Positions 27,102 through 37,698 of a stretch of DNA of 64,000 bases are shown piece after piece (position 1 is the first letter of the stretch; every line of letters begins with the position of its first letter). The DNA is from Pedosphaera sp. (GTDB lineage Bacteria > Verrucomicrobiota > Verrucomicrobiia > Limisphaerales > DSYF01). A program made the position numbers and the translations under genes. The stretch is taken from contig JAFMIZ010000004.1 in assembly GCA_017853715.1 (NCBI GenBank), positions 2,920 to 66,919 of the forward strand, in the 5' to 3' direction. Under the pieces are notes generated by a model. That model was given only the letters and a program-made list of their open reading frames with translations, was not told where the DNA came from and made no database searches.

Positions 27102-28346
27102 CTAATAGGTTCTTCTGTGAGTATGCACATTGTGCAACAAGCCCATGGCGAGCATCGAGGCGAGCACTGAAGATCCGCCGTAACTTAACAGCGGCAGTGG
27201 TATCCCCTTCACGGGCATCAATCGGATGTTCATTCCGATGTTTACGAACACATGGCAGAACAGGAGTGTCACCACTCCGACTGCCAGTATTTTGCCCAGG
27301 CGGTCGCGCGCCCGGCTGGCGATTCTCAATCCGGTGAAGAGAACCACCGCATACAGCGCAATCACAGTTGCGCTGCCGACAAATCCTTTCTCCTCTGCGA
27401 TCACGGAGAAGATGAAATCCGTATGTGCCGCCCCTGGCGGCAGAAATCCCAGCGAGGTCTGTTTGCCCTCGCACCAACCCTTGCCCCACAGGCCACCTGA
27501 GCCGACCGAAATTAACGCCTGCTTGGACTGATGGTTCTTCTGCCGTTGCAGATCACGGGCGGCTTCCTTCTGCGCAGGCGTCGCATTGGGTGGGGTGAAG
27601 TCCTTGCCGAAATAAACCAGTAAACGCTGGCGTTGATATTCCTTGAGCTTGAATGGCTGCCATGAAGGCGTGGTGAACAGCACATCCACGACAATCAATG
27701 CTGCCAGCGCAGCCACTAGGGCAAGTGAGCGGAAAATATAAACTCTAGGCACACCCGCCACCAGCATCATGGCCAGTGCTGTCGGCAACAGCACGGCTGC
27801 GGAGCCGAGGTCCGGCTCTTTTGCGATCAGGGCGAACGGCAGCAGGAGCAGGCCCATCGCACGCCAGAAGTTACCTGGCTGGCGAAGTTCTTCGACGGGC
27901 CGACTAAGGAAATTCCCCAACGCCAGAATGAACGCAATCTTTGCAAACTCGGAAGGTTGCAGGCTGAAGAAACCCAGATCGAACCAGCGCCTTGCCCCGC
28001 CGCGGACCGTGCCGAAGAACAGCACAGCCACCAGCAGGATGATCATCATCCAATAAATCGGTCCCGCCCAGCGGGCGAGTGTCCGGTAATCCACGAGGCA
28101 GATCACGATGGCTGCGACGGTTCCGGCGCCATACCAAACGAGCTGGCGGAAAAAGTATTCGTCCATCAACCACGCGGAGAAACCCCGGAAGCTTTGCTCT
28201 TGGAACTGCTGCCACACCGTGGAGGGCGAGTTCACCATGGTGGCGCTATAAACGAATAAGAAGCCCAGCAGCATGAGGCCGCCAATGGCTGCGAGCAGCA
28301 GGCGGGCCACGCGGGACTTGGATTCGCTTAGCGTCGCTTCAAACAT
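27102..28346 (-). CDS. rodA: Rod shape-determining SEDS protein RodA
   Basis: FtsW/RodA/SpoVE family with about 10 TMs and the LQPSEFAKI motif. I chose the ATG at 28346. Confidence 0.9.
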   Translation of the reverse strand: MFEATLSESKSRVARLLLAAIGGLMLLGFLFVYSATMVNSPSTVWQQFQEQSFRGFSAWLMDEYFFRQLVWYGAGTVAAIVICLVDYRTLARWAGPIYWMMIILLVAVLFFGTVRGGARRWFDLGFFSLQPSEFAKIAFILALGNFLSRPVEELRQPGNFWRAMGLLLLPFALIAKEPDLGSAAVLLPTALAMMLVAGVPRVYIFRSLALVAALAALIVVDVLFTTPSWQPFKLKEYQRQRLLVYFGKDFTPPNATPAQKEAARDLQRQKNHQSKQALISVGSGGLWGKGWCEGKQTSLGFLPPGAAHTDFIFSVIAEEKGFVGSATVIALYAVVLFTGLRIASRARDRLGKILAVGVVTLLFCHVFVNIGMNIRLMPVKGIPLPLLSYGGSSVLASMLAMGLLHNVHTHRRTY

Positions 28347-28363
28347 AGGGGCGTGGGGACAGA

Positions 28364-28389
28364 GTGCTGGAGTATCGGGGTGCTGGAGT
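28364..28389. repeat. Direct repeat GTGCTGGAGT x2 (16-nt period) in the mrdA-rodA spacer
   Basis: Exact 10-mers at 28364-28373 and 28380-28389. The gene-sense strand reads ACTCCAGCAC. Confidence 0.8.
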
Positions 28390-28448
28390 GATGCAAAACA
28401 ACACACAATAACTGCAATGCTTCAGCGATCGAATGCTCCGGTTCATCT

Positions 28449-30476
28449 TCATCTGTTCACGGCGGCCACTGGCACGCCACTTTGTTCAATTTTTTGGATG
28501 ACCTCGTAAATCTTCCTGGCGATTGGCGCGCAGGTGCTTCCCCCGGATTGGCCGCTCTCCACCATGACCACCACCGCGTAACGTGGATTTTCCCACGGGC
28601 CGTAGGAGGCAAACCAAGTGATCTGGTCCACCACCTGACCGCGCACATTTTCCACTTGAGCGGTGCCGGTCTTGCCGCCAATGCGAAAGCCGGGAACAAC
28701 CGCCTCGCGGCCTGTTCCGTCAGGGTCTTCCGTGTCCGCCAACATGGCGTTGTAGATCACACCGAGAGTGCGCTGGGTCACTTCCAATTGATCCCGAACG
28801 CGTCCGGATTCGTAGACGCGAACCGGCGTCGCATTCAATACCTCCTGTGATTCGAGGCGCTGGACGAGGCGGGGCCAGTAAACCGTACCGCCATTAGCCA
28901 CCGCTGAAATCATCGTGGCCATCTGGGTGGGCGTGACGGCCAATTGTGCCTGACCGATGGACAGATTCGCTGTGTCACCTGCTGTCCAACCCGCGCGGAT
29001 CCGCTCCGGACTCGGAAAAATGCCCTTGCTCTCCTGATAGGTGGGTAGTCCGCATTTTTCTCCGAGGTGCAACTTGTGGCCGAGTTCAACGATCTTGGCC
29101 AAGGCTCCGGGCTGTAGGGCGTAGTGGATGAAATAACTGTTGCTGGACTTGGCAAACGCCCGGCGGAAGTTGTAACGCCCCGGCGCGGCTGTATCGCGAA
29201 TCTTGCGTCGCCCTAGTTCATAGACTCCGTGTCCCCAGTCGCCAGGATAGGGCTCCACGGTGTACTGAGCGTTCGGATCGAGGCCAAGTTCCAACGCCGC
29301 CATGCCGACAACGATTTTGAAAATCGAACCGGGCTGATAAATGTCCTGCGTGGCGCGGTTGAACTCAGGCTTGAGCTCTTTGTCGTGCAACCGGGCCTTC
29401 TCTGCGGGCGGAAAGCCGGTCACGAAATGATTCGGATTGTAGGCTGGAGATGAGATCAGTGCGAGGATATCGCCGTTGCGCACGTCCATGACGACCACCG
29501 CGCCGCGGGTGTTGCCCATGCCAGTTGCCCGGCTGCGCAAGGCCTGCTCGGCGGCTTGTTGCAAGCGCAGGTCCAGCGTCAGGATGACGTTGTCACCGGG
29601 AATGGTGGGTTGCCAGAAGGATTCTTCCAGACGATAACCGAGGTTGTTGACGAGCACCCATTTTCCGCCCGCGCGACCGCGCAACTCATCATCAAATCCG
29701 CCCTCGATGCCAATCAGCCCGCGAAAGTCGGGCAAACGGTAAGAGTAATAGGCTTCTTCACCCTCGACCGACCGATCGTCAAAGCGAAGGTATCCCAGCG
29801 CATGGGCTGCGGTGGTCTGATGCGGATAAACGCGGCGGCTTTCCACATCTAGATTGATCCCCGCTGCGCCGCTGAAACGCTCCTCGAAACGCGCGACTTG
29901 TTGCGGAGTCAACTCCTTGAGGATCGGCATCGGCAGAACCAGCTTCTTCGCATAGTGATTCGAGAACTCAACCGGGTTCAATAGCAGTGGCACGCCCAGT
30001 TTTGCGCCGACTTGTGCGGCGACATTGCTGGCGACCGCGTAACGACATTCTGCTCCGAGTGCGGTGATCTGGTTGGAGGTGAGGGTGAACCGCTTCGCTT
30101 CTTCACGGGTCAACTCGCGACCCAGCTTTTGCTCCACTACTTTGCGTTGCACGCTCCAAGCGGCTTTGATCGCCGCCCTCCGCCGCTGATATTCCTCCTG
30201 GAACGGCTTGCGCATTTCTTCGAGGTAAAGGCTGACTGTGTAAACGGGCTGGTTGTTGGCCAGTTCAACGCCGAAGCGGTCCAGAATTTTACCACGTGGC
30301 GCGGGCACCCGGACGCTCCGGTAGGATTGCGTCTGGAGATCCGATTCGTATTCGCGATAGCGCACGATTTGCGTCCACCACAGTCCGGCCAGCAAGACCA
30401 TCAGACCTGTAAAAACGCCTGAGGCCACCAACCGCAAGGTCGGATCTTCACGTTTTAGCTGGTCGAAGATAAGCAT
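28449..30476 (-). CDS. mrdA: Penicillin-binding protein 2 (elongasome transpeptidase)
   Basis: SxxK (GSIFK), SxN (SSN) and KTG (GGKTGTA) motifs, an N-terminal TM, and a position between mreD and rodA. Confidence 0.9.
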   Translation of the reverse strand: MLIFDQLKREDPTLRLVASGVFTGLMVLLAGLWWTQIVRYREYESDLQTQSYRSVRVPAPRGKILDRFGVELANNQPVYTVSLYLEEMRKPFQEEYQRRRAAIKAAWSVQRKVVEQKLGRELTREEAKRFTLTSNQITALGAECRYAVASNVAAQVGAKLGVPLLLNPVEFSNHYAKKLVLPMPILKELTPQQVARFEERFSGAAGINLDVESRRVYPHQTTAAHALGYLRFDDRSVEGEEAYYSYRLPDFRGLIGIEGGFDDELRGRAGGKWVLVNNLGYRLEESFWQPTIPGDNVILTLDLRLQQAAEQALRSRATGMGNTRGAVVVMDVRNGDILALISSPAYNPNHFVTGFPPAEKARLHDKELKPEFNRATQDIYQPGSIFKIVVGMAALELGLDPNAQYTVEPYPGDWGHGVYELGRRKIRDTAAPGRYNFRRAFAKSSNSYFIHYALQPGALAKIVELGHKLHLGEKCGLPTYQESKGIFPSPERIRAGWTAGDTANLSIGQAQLAVTPTQMATMISAVANGGTVYWPRLVQRLESQEVLNATPVRVYESGRVRDQLEVTQRTLGVIYNAMLADTEDPDGTGREAVVPGFRIGGKTGTAQVENVRGQVVDQITWFASYGPWENPRYAVVVMVESGQSGGSTCAPIARKIYEVIQKIEQSGVPVAAVNR

Positions 30477-30478
30477 GG

Positions 30479-31021
30479 CTAGTTACGTCCCCGGCGGATT
30501 TCTCGATCGGGTCGGAAGCTGGGGGAGCTTAGTTCCTGATATTTGAACGTTTTCGCCAATGCGCCGAAAAACTTGAAGAAAAGCGGCGTGGCGATGCCGC
30601 CCGCCAACATCATTATGGCGATCTGCCACCAAGTTCCCCAACCGGTCAGGGGATTCTTGCCCGCCGTGAGCATCATCAACAGCGTTGCAGTTGGCGCGGC
30701 GAAGCTGGCCATAAGGCCGAGCACAAACTGTGCGAAACTTTGTTCGCCGAGGAGCAGGTCGCGGCGAAGCGAAAGCACAAAGCCGATGGCGGCGAGAGGC
30801 AGCACGCTGATGCCGAGTGGATTCGCGGAGAGCGAGTCGAGCCATAGTCCGCCGCACAAGGCCAGCGCAGCGACTGTGGGGATTCCAGTCGTGAGGGTGG
30901 CGTATACCATGAGCGCAGGCAACAGGTCTAGTTGCGTGCCCAGCAGCCGACCAGAGGCGGATTGCACGAACACTACCACGAACGCCGTGAGCAAAATCAG
31001 AAATGTGTTCAGCGGATTCAT
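30479..31021 (-). CDS. mreD: Rod shape-determining protein MreD
   Basis: Small polytopic membrane protein. ATGA overlap with the mreC stop. Operon position supports the call. Confidence 0.7.
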   Translation of the reverse strand: MNPLNTFLILLTAFVVVFVQSASGRLLGTQLDLLPALMVYATLTTGIPTVAALALCGGLWLDSLSANPLGISVLPLAAIGFVLSLRRDLLLGEQSFAQFVLGLMASFAAPTATLLMMLTAGKNPLTGWGTWWQIAIMMLAGGIATPLFFKFFGALAKTFKYQELSSPSFRPDREIRRGRN

Positions 31022-31830
31022 CGTGACCATTGGGTGATGACCCATACTTCCTCCAGTGAGCCTAGCTTGGCGAAGAGTTTGACGCGCGCTTCGGTGGACA
31101 GACCGTAATCCACTTGCCGGGCGTCCACGATGACGCCCACCGGAATGCCGCTGGGATAATTGCCGCCCATGTTGCTGGTCAGCACCCGGTGGCCGGGCTT
31201 GATGACGGCATTGCGCCCGAGATAGTTCAGTTCGACCAACTCACGTTCCAGAGGAGACGAATCGCCAGTGACGCCGTTGTCGCGGGCTTCGTTTTCCACG
31301 TAGGCGGCAACGCGGCAGTTGGGGTCGCCAATCAGCACGACCTGTGACCGGGTCAATCCAACAGCAGTTATGCGTCCGACCAAACCGTCAATCGCCATCA
31401 CGGGCATGTTGGGCTCGATGCCTTGCTGGCTGCCGACGTCGATCTGCACCGTGCTCCACCAGTTGGCCGGGTCCCGCAAGACGACGTGGGCGGCTTTCAT
31501 GCGCCAAGGCATTTTCGCCTGCCAGCCGACCTGCTGACTCAGGCGGGCGTTCTCTTGGGCGAACTGGTTGGCTTGGAGCGCAACTGCCTTCAGTTGCTCG
31601 TTTTCGCGCCGGAGAAGTTCGTTCTGGCGGATCAGTTCAGACTTGGAGAGCGCCAGATCGGCGGTGGAACCGGCTACGTCTTGAGAGAAGCGGGCCAGAC
31701 CGAAGAAGGGGAGGAATTGGCTGCCGATGGCCAGTCGCAGGCGGGAAGCCGTGCTCGCAGGCAGGTTCACAAGCACGAAGGCTACGACCGCCACGATGGC
31801 CAATAAAATGTATCGCTTCTTCTTGAGCAT
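31018..31830 (-). CDS. mreC: Rod shape-determining protein MreC
   Basis: N-terminal TM, coiled coil (LIRQNELLRRENEQLK), and beta-rich C-terminal domains (VIGDPNCRVAA). Confidence 0.85.
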   Translation of the reverse strand: MLKKKRYILLAIVAVVAFVLVNLPASTASRLRLAIGSQFLPFFGLARFSQDVAGSTADLALSKSELIRQNELLRRENEQLKAVALQANQFAQENARLSQQVGWQAKMPWRMKAAHVVLRDPANWWSTVQIDVGSQQGIEPNMPVMAIDGLVGRITAVGLTRSQVVLIGDPNCRVAAYVENEARDNGVTGDSSPLERELVELNYLGRNAVIKPGHRVLTSNMGGNYPSGIPVGVIVDARQVDYGLSTEARVKLFAKLGSLEEVWVITQWSR

Positions 31831-31889
31831 CCGTTCGTCGCGGCCTGCGGTCAGGCAGGCTCACAGCGACAACGGCGAACGCGTCCGGG

Positions 31890-32912
31890 TCAGACGTTCG
31901 TCGAGACCCGTTTGAGGAATTGAAGCTCCTGCAACACCCTGCCAGTGCCTTCGCACACGGCGCAGAGCGGATCGTCTGCGGTATGCACCGGCAAACCGGT
32001 TTCCTGCGCCACGAGGCGGTCGATACCGCGCAAGAGCGCTCCCCCACCGGCCATCACAATGCCACGGTCAATCAAGTCCGCAGAAAGTTCAGGTGGGCAG
32101 CGTTCGAGGGTGATGCGAATGGATTCGAGAATTTGGGAAAGCGGTTCCTGCAGGGCCTCCCGGATCTCCTCCGAACGGATGGTGATCGTTTTAGGCAGGC
32201 CGGCACTGAGGTCGCGTCCTTTTACTTCGAGGGTCAATTCCTGCTCCAGCGGGAAGGCCGATCCAATCTTGATCTTGATCTCCTCCGCCGTGCGTTCGCC
32301 AATCATCAGGTTATAGGCGCGCTTCATGTGCGCGACGATCGTGTCGTCAAATTCGTCTCCACCGACCCGCAGGCTGCGGCTGAAGACGATACCGGCAAGG
32401 GAGATGATTGCGATTTCGCAAGTTCCGCCGCCGATGTCCACGATCATGTTGCCCGCCGGCTCATGCACCGGCAGTCCCACTCCGATGGCCGAGGCCATTG
32501 GTTGTTCAATCAAATACACTTCCCGGGCTCCCGCGTGGGTGGCGGAATCCTTGACGGCCCGTTTTTCAACTTCCGTTATGCCCGAGGGGACGGCCACGAC
32601 GACGCGTGGCGCGATCAGTTTGCGATGATGCACCTTCTGGATGAAATGCCGCAGCATAGCCTCCGTGATCTCGAAATCGGCGATCACACCGTCCTTCATT
32701 GGACGGATGGCAACGATGTTGCCAGGAGTGCGACCGAGCATACGTTTGGCCTCCTCGCCCACGGCGAGGACGTTGGTGGTGCCAGCTTGGATCGCAACGA
32801 CAGAAGGTTCACGCAAAACGATGCCCCGATCTCGGACGTAAACCAAGGAATTCGCGGTCCCGAGGTCGATGCCGATATCGTTGGAAAACAGGGTTTTAAT
32901 CTGCGCAAGCAT
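31890..32912 (-). CDS. mreB: Rod shape-determining protein MreB
   Basis: Actin-fold motifs [13 protein letters not shown] and [10 protein letters not shown]. 340 aa. Confidence 0.95.
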   Translation of the reverse strand: MLAQIKTLFSNDIGIDLGTANSLVYVRDRGIVLREPSVVAIQAGTTNVLAVGEEAKRMLGRTPGNIVAIRPMKDGVIADFEITEAMLRHFIQKVHHRKLIAPRVVVAVPSGITEVEKRAVKDSATHAGAREVYLIEQPMASAIGVGLPVHEPAGNMIVDIGGGTCEIAIISLAGIVFSRSLRVGGDEFDDTIVAHMKRAYNLMIGERTAEEIKIKIGSAFPLEQELTLEVKGRDLSAGLPKTITIRSEEIREALQEPLSQILESIRITLERCPPELSADLIDRGIVMAGGGALLRGIDRLVAQETGLPVHTADDPLCAVCEGTGRVLQELQFLKRVSTNV

Positions 32913-33007
32913 GAATGTGCCTAAGCAAGGCGCATCGTAGAAGCAGCCAAATCGTAACGCAAGAGATTAACCCGCCTCACGCATCGAGAATCACTTGGTA
33001 GGGGAAT

Positions 33008-34669
33008 TTACGGATGCTGCGGGGGGGGGCACGTCCGCTCGGCCCGCACTCCCGCTTCCGCCAAGGCCATTTTGACAGCAATTTCGGAGCGACCGGGATA
33101 GTCGGGAAATTTCCGATACAAGTTCATCCAATGGTCAGCCGCTTGCTTGAATTTCTTCTGTTCCATGAGTTCATTGCCCAACTTCAGCATCAGGCGGATG
33201 CGTTGCTGCGGCGATGGGTCCATTTCCAGGGCCGATTCATAGCAGCGGAGGGTTGAGGCGGGTTTGCCGACGGCAGCGTTGAGGTCGCCGAGCTTTTCCG
33301 AAAGCACCGCGCTTTGGCGGGTGAGGGGAATGCTCTCCAAATAACCGGTAAGTTGCAGCAGCGGCACCCCGCGCACGTGGTTCAAGTTGATGACACGCAG
33401 AATCATCCATGCGCGCAACGGACTCTCGATGGCTTGGAGTTTTATTTGCAGCAACTCTGGGCGCATGGCGAATGCGCGCTGTAGCGGGTCGCCCACCACG
33501 GTGGTTTGCCACGACAAACAATTCTGGCTCGCATAGGCCGCCTCGCCAAAGGTGAAACCGGTGATCAACCAACGCGCGGCAAACGCGCCGATGTCCGGCG
33601 TGCCCATCAGGTAAGGCTCATAAACTGAGCCCATCGTGCAAGTGGTGCCCTTTACCAGGAGTGGCCCCACCCAGGCGCTGTTGGTGGAGCGAATCGTCGC
33701 GGCGTTGCCCGAGTGCAAGTGATAGGCAAATGCGCCGGGCATGAATTCCATATGCGGCGCTAGGAACGGGCCACCGGGTGATGCGTCATACCAACCGGCG
33801 TAAAACGCGATCTGACTCAGCGGCAGCGATGCGGGAAAGGTGGCGGCGTCGGTGTCGAGATAGCTCTCAAAGCCCGTCACCCGGCACACTTCATAGGCGG
33901 TTTGAATCCATTGGTCGCCGCGCACGTAGTTGGTGTCGCTGATGCCGCGAATGTCAAAATAGGCCCGGCCCCAGTAACCATTCGTCTCTGACTCGACCGC
34001 CTTATCCACCAAGCCCATCGCGATTTCCGGCGTCGGGCCATCCAATCGTGCGACCATCAGGATGCCGTTGGTCGGATGCAGGCTGGCGGTGTTCGTCGTG
34101 GTGTAGGTGAAGTTCTGGATGAACCCAAACCGAAAACCCGCTTCCGTCGGCAGGGGCAACGTGGCCAATTCGGAATCCACGGCGGCGGCGTTTCGTTGTA
34201 ATTCGGGCCGAGCCTTCTCGCGCCCCGGTTCGATCAATTGTTGGTCTTCCCGGATTTTCAGCGGGACTCCATAGCACAAAACGACGTAACGGATGTTTGA
34301 TTCCACCGGCATCAAAACTTGCCGCGAGTCGCTGGTGCTGGAGATGAACCGGGTGACTTTGCCCAGGCGCCACAACTTGCGTTTCTCCAGCTCAGCGGCG
34401 AGTGGTCTAGCCAAAGACTCGCTGTATTCCTGGCGGGAAATCTCTTCAGAGGTAGGCAGGCTCAGGCCAATTATCTGGTCCTTCGGCACGCGGCGAACCG
34501 TGGCGTAGTGGTCGGCAACCCGTTTGGATTCCGGCAGCTTTTGGTTGTAAACTACCAAGACTTCTCCGCCCTCAAGCAAGGCGGTGGCGGGGACCGTGGC
34601 GCCCAAAAAGCAGGCCAACATCGTTATGGCGGAGAGGATTCGCTTCATCGTCTGTAGTCGTTCGACCAT
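33008..34669 (-). CDS. Secreted conserved hypothetical protein with C-terminal TPR-like repeats (possibly TIGR03790-like)
   Basis: Signal peptide, and an N-terminal VLVVYNQKLPESKRVADHYA segment that I recall from the TIGR03790 family (memory only). The C-terminus is TPR-like. An alternative ATG lies at 34648. Confidence 0.45.
   Translation of the reverse strand: MVERLQTMKRILSAITMLACFLGATVPATALLEGGEVLVVYNQKLPESKRVADHYATVRRVPKDQIIGLSLPTSEEISRQEYSESLARPLAAELEKRKLWRLGKVTRFISSTSDSRQVLMPVESNIRYVVLCYGVPLKIREDQQLIEPGREKARPELQRNAAAVDSELATLPLPTEAGFRFGFIQNFTYTTTNTASLHPTNGILMVARLDGPTPEIAMGLVDKAVESETNGYWGRAYFDIRGISDTNYVRGDQWIQTAYEVCRVTGFESYLDTDAATFPASLPLSQIAFYAGWYDASPGGPFLAPHMEFMPGAFAYHLHSGNAATIRSTNSAWVGPLLVKGTTCTMGSVYEPYLMGTPDIGAFAARWLITGFTFGEAAYASQNCLSWQTTVVGDPLQRAFAMRPELLQIKLQAIESPLRAWMILRVINLNHVRGVPLLQLTGYLESIPLTRQSAVLSEKLGDLNAAVGKPASTLRCYESALEMDPSPQQRIRLMLKLGNELMEQKKFKQAADHWMNLYRKFPDYPGRSEIAVKMALAEAGVRAERTCPPPQHP
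33021..33029. repeat. G9/C9 homopolymer in the last codons of the 33008..34669 CDS
   Basis: Nine consecutive G on the plus strand. It encodes part of CPPPQHP-stop. Confidence 0.9.
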
Positions 34670-34702
34670 GTTCCGCTATGCGCGTTTGAAATCGTGAACT
34701 CG

Positions 34703-35491
34703 TTAGCTTGCTGCCGTCACCTTGAGGCCATCATACGCCAGCCAGACGCCCGGGGGAAGTTCCGGCTCATGCTTGGCGTGCTCGTAATAGTGCGTCAGGT
34801 GCGTGAGATATGTGCGGTCGGCGGCAATGCGCCGGGCTGTCGTCAGAGCCTCATCGAGGCACATGTGCGTGGGATGCGGCTCGAAACGCAAAGCGTCCAA
34901 CACCGCCACTTCCACGCCCTTGATGGCGGCAACAGCTTCGGCGGGCACTTCCTTGCAGTCACTGAAATAAGCCAGCCGTTTGCGACCGGCTTGCTCGAAC
35001 AGAAAACCGTTGCTGGTGAAACGTCCATGCGGGCAGGGGAAAGGGGTGATACGCAGGTCGCCCACGGCAAATGGGCCGGTGAAGATGTGCTCCTCCGGAA
35101 TGAAATAACCCTTGGGCCACGGGCCATTGTGGAAAGCGTAAATGAACACCCGCCGCAACGCGCCCATCGTGATTTCGTCCGCCCAGATCGGCATGGCTTT
35201 GCCGCCGCGCAAATCGCAGAAGCGTCGGCAATCGTCCAATCCCATGATGTGGTCTGCGTGGGGATGGGTGAACAGGACGGCATCAAGCCAGCGGATGTTT
35301 TCGCGCAGGCATTGCAGGCGGAATTCCGGCGCGGTGTCCACCGCGAGCTTGGTTTGCTCACTGGCGACGTAAATGGACGGGCGCGTGCGATGATTCCGCG
35401 GGTCCGCCAGATACTCCGGCGGATGATCCATGCCGATCAGGGGCACACCTTGTGAGGTGCCGGTGCCAAGAAAGGTGAATTCAAAGGCCAT
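34703..35491 (-). CDS. MBL-fold metallo-hydrolase (PhnP-like)
   Basis: HxHxDH motif (FTHPHADH), an N-terminal [10 protein letters not shown], and a downstream His/Asp ligand pattern. Confidence 0.8.
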   Translation of the reverse strand: MAFEFTFLGTGTSQGVPLIGMDHPPEYLADPRNHRTRPSIYVASEQTKLAVDTAPEFRLQCLRENIRWLDAVLFTHPHADHIMGLDDCRRFCDLRGGKAMPIWADEITMGALRRVFIYAFHNGPWPKGYFIPEEHIFTGPFAVGDLRITPFPCPHGRFTSNGFLFEQAGRKRLAYFSDCKEVPAEAVAAIKGVEVAVLDALRFEPHPTHMCLDEALTTARRIAADRTYLTHLTHYYEHAKHEPELPPGVWLAYDGLKVTAAS

Positions 35492-35629
35492 GGCGATCAG
35501 GGCGCGTACCGCCGAGTCCGTAATTTTTGGGGCTAAAGCCCTGAACGAACGGGCAAAGCTGTCCGCGCTCCGTGAAAAAGATTTTGCCGAATGGTTCCAT
35601 GTCCGCTCAAATGCCGCGCAACTGTAACG

Positions 35630-37318
35630 ATGCTAAACACGCTGCGCATCAAAAACCTCGCCCTCGTGGCCGAACTGACGCTGGAACTCCAGCCGGGCTA
35701 CAATGCCATCACGGGTGAAACCGGCGCGGGCAAGTCCATCCTGATCGGAGCGCTCACGCTGGTTCTAGGGGAACGTGCCGACCGGACTTTGATCCGCGCC
35801 GGGGCCGACAGTTGCACCGTCGAGGCCGTGTTTGAGGTGAGCGGATTGCGTGCGCCGCTGGCTGGCTTTCTTGAAGAGAACGGGCTTGAGCCGTGCGATG
35901 GCCATCAACTGGTCTTGAAACGCACGTTCACTGCTGCGGGTGCCAACCGGCAGTTCGTCAACGGCTCTGCCACCACGCTCGACAAGCTTGCGACGATTGG
36001 TGATTGGCTGGTGGACATCCACGGACCGCACGATCACCAATCGCTCCTGCATCCCTCGCGGCAATTGGCGATTCTCGATGCTTTCGGTGGGTTGCAAGAG
36101 CAGCGCTCCCAGTTTGCGGAACTGGTTAGAAAACGTGTTGCCCTGGAAGATGAGAAGGCGGCGTTGATCGTGGACGAGAGGACTTACGCGCAGCAACTGG
36201 ACCTTTTGAGGTTTCAAGCGAGGGAGATTGCCGCCGCGCGTTTGCAGTCCGGTGAAGACGATCAAATCCAAGCCGAGCACCAGCGCTCCGCCAACGCCGC
36301 GAAACTGCTGCAACTCAGCCAGGTCGCGTTGGGCTTGCTTTCTGAGAACGAAACGGCCGTGCTCACCGAGGCGGGTATCGTCGGGCGAACGCTGGCGGAA
36401 CTGCATCGGATCGATGCGGGCGCTGGCGGATTGATGGCGTTGCACGAGCAAGCCACGGAAAGTTTGCGCGAATTGCAAACGGAGCTGTCGCGCTACGCCG
36501 ATAAGGTGGATGTGGACCCTGCGCGGTTGGCCGAACTCGAAGAGCGCATCAACCTGCTGCAATCGCTCAAGCGCAAGTATGGTCCCACGCTGGGCGATGT
36601 GATTGCCTTCGGTGAGGAGTCAAAGCGCATGTTGCAGAGACTCGAATCGCGCGATGCTGAGCTGGCACTTCTGAACGGCGAGCTCGCCAAACTTGATGGC
36701 GAGTTGGCTCGATTGGGCCAACAACTCTCAGCGAAGCGCAAGAACGTTATTCCCAAACTCAGCAAAGCCGCGTCCGCCCAGCTTGCGGATCTCGGTTTCA
36801 AGCAAAGCCGCTTGGATGTGGAAATCAAGAGCTTGGACATTTCCAGCCTGACGGAACTCGGAACGCGCAACACGTCCGGCTTCGATACGGTTGAATTTCA
36901 ATTCGCGCCGAATCCCGGTGAACCCGCGCGTCCGTTGCGGGGGATCGCCTCATCCGGTGAACTTGCCCGCGTCATGCTTGCTCTGAAAACCGTGCTCGCT
37001 GCCGAGGATGAAGTCCCGGTGCTGGTGTTTGACGAGGTGGATGCCAACGTGGGCGGGGAAACAGCTTTAGCCGTGGGGCAAAAGATGCAGCAAATCGCGG
37101 CGAAGCGTCAGGTGCTTTGCATCACGCATCTGCCGCAAGTGGCGGCGTCTGCGGATGCTCACTTCGTGGTCAGCAAAGAAGTCCACGATGGGCGAACGAT
37201 ATCTGAAATTGCCCTGCTGGACCGCAAGTCACGCATCGCTGAACTCTCACGGATGCTTGGCGGTCAGAGCGTAGCTGCCCGCAAGCACGCCGAGGCGATG
37301 CTCCAAAGCATGCGCTAG
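35630..37318 (+). CDS. recN: DNA repair protein RecN
   Basis: Walker A GETGAGKS, a long coiled coil, signature [13 protein letters not shown], and Walker [13 protein letters not shown]. Confidence 0.9.
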   Translation: MLNTLRIKNLALVAELTLELQPGYNAITGETGAGKSILIGALTLVLGERADRTLIRAGADSCTVEAVFEVSGLRAPLAGFLEENGLEPCDGHQLVLKRTFTAAGANRQFVNGSATTLDKLATIGDWLVDIHGPHDHQSLLHPSRQLAILDAFGGLQEQRSQFAELVRKRVALEDEKAALIVDERTYAQQLDLLRFQAREIAAARLQSGEDDQIQAEHQRSANAAKLLQLSQVALGLLSENETAVLTEAGIVGRTLAELHRIDAGAGGLMALHEQATESLRELQTELSRYADKVDVDPARLAELEERINLLQSLKRKYGPTLGDVIAFGEESKRMLQRLESRDAELALLNGELAKLDGELARLGQQLSAKRKNVIPKLSKAASAQLADLGFKQSRLDVEIKSLDISSLTELGTRNTSGFDTVEFQFAPNPGEPARPLRGIASSGELARVMLALKTVLAAEDEVPVLVFDEVDANVGGETALAVGQKMQQIAAKRQVLCITHLPQVAASADAHFVVSKEVHDGRTISEIALLDRKSRIAELSRMLGGQSVAARKHAEAMLQSMR

Positions 37319-37698
37319 GCGTTCGGCGCCAGCTTCTGCACTTCTTGCAGCAACTGGGATGGGCTGAAGGGTTTGGTCAGGAAGAGTGCGGCACCGGAGG
37401 TTTCGGCCTGCTGACGGGTCACGTTGTGCGCATTGGCGGTGATCATGATCACCGGAATATTGCTGGTGGCGGGATTTTTTTTCAGTTCCATCAATGCGAC
37501 CAGCCCGTCCATTTCCTCCATCATGATGTCCATCACGATGACGGACGGCTTGTCTTGTGCGGCAATGGACAGGGCTTCGCGGCCGTTGGAGGCTTTGAGG
37601 GCTTCGTAGCCCGCGCGCTTGAGATGATGCTGCAGCAGCGCGTGCATGTAAGGCTCGTCATCCACCACCAAGACTTTGGGCATGCTCATGGATTTCAT
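37315..37698 (-). CDS. Single-domain response regulator (CheY-like receiver)
   Basis: VLVVDDEP, DIMMEEMDG (phospho-Asp context) and KPF motifs. ATGA overlap with the upstream PP2C gene. Confidence 0.85.
   Translation of the reverse strand: MKSMSMPKVLVVDDEPYMHALLQHHLKRAGYEALKASNGREALSIAAQDKPSVIVMDIMMEEMDGLVALMELKKNPATSNIPVIMITANAHNVTRQQAETSGAALFLTKPFSPSQLLQEVQKLAPNA

Noticed and set aside
25153-27489. 778-aa version of the RNase gene
   Set aside because: The upstream 129 codons overlap the rodA 3' end. The ATG at 27099, 2 nt past the rodA stop, gives a sensible operon junction.
31920-32924. 334-aa plus-strand ORF
   Set aside because: It is antisense to mreB. It has no motifs and an Arg/Asp/His-rich shadow composition.
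35491-35630. LexA/SOS box upstream of recN
   Set aside because: I looked for TGTTC-N4-TGTTC-type direct repeats and for CTGT-N8-ACAG palindromes. Only an unspaced GAACGAAC was present, so there is no convincing site.
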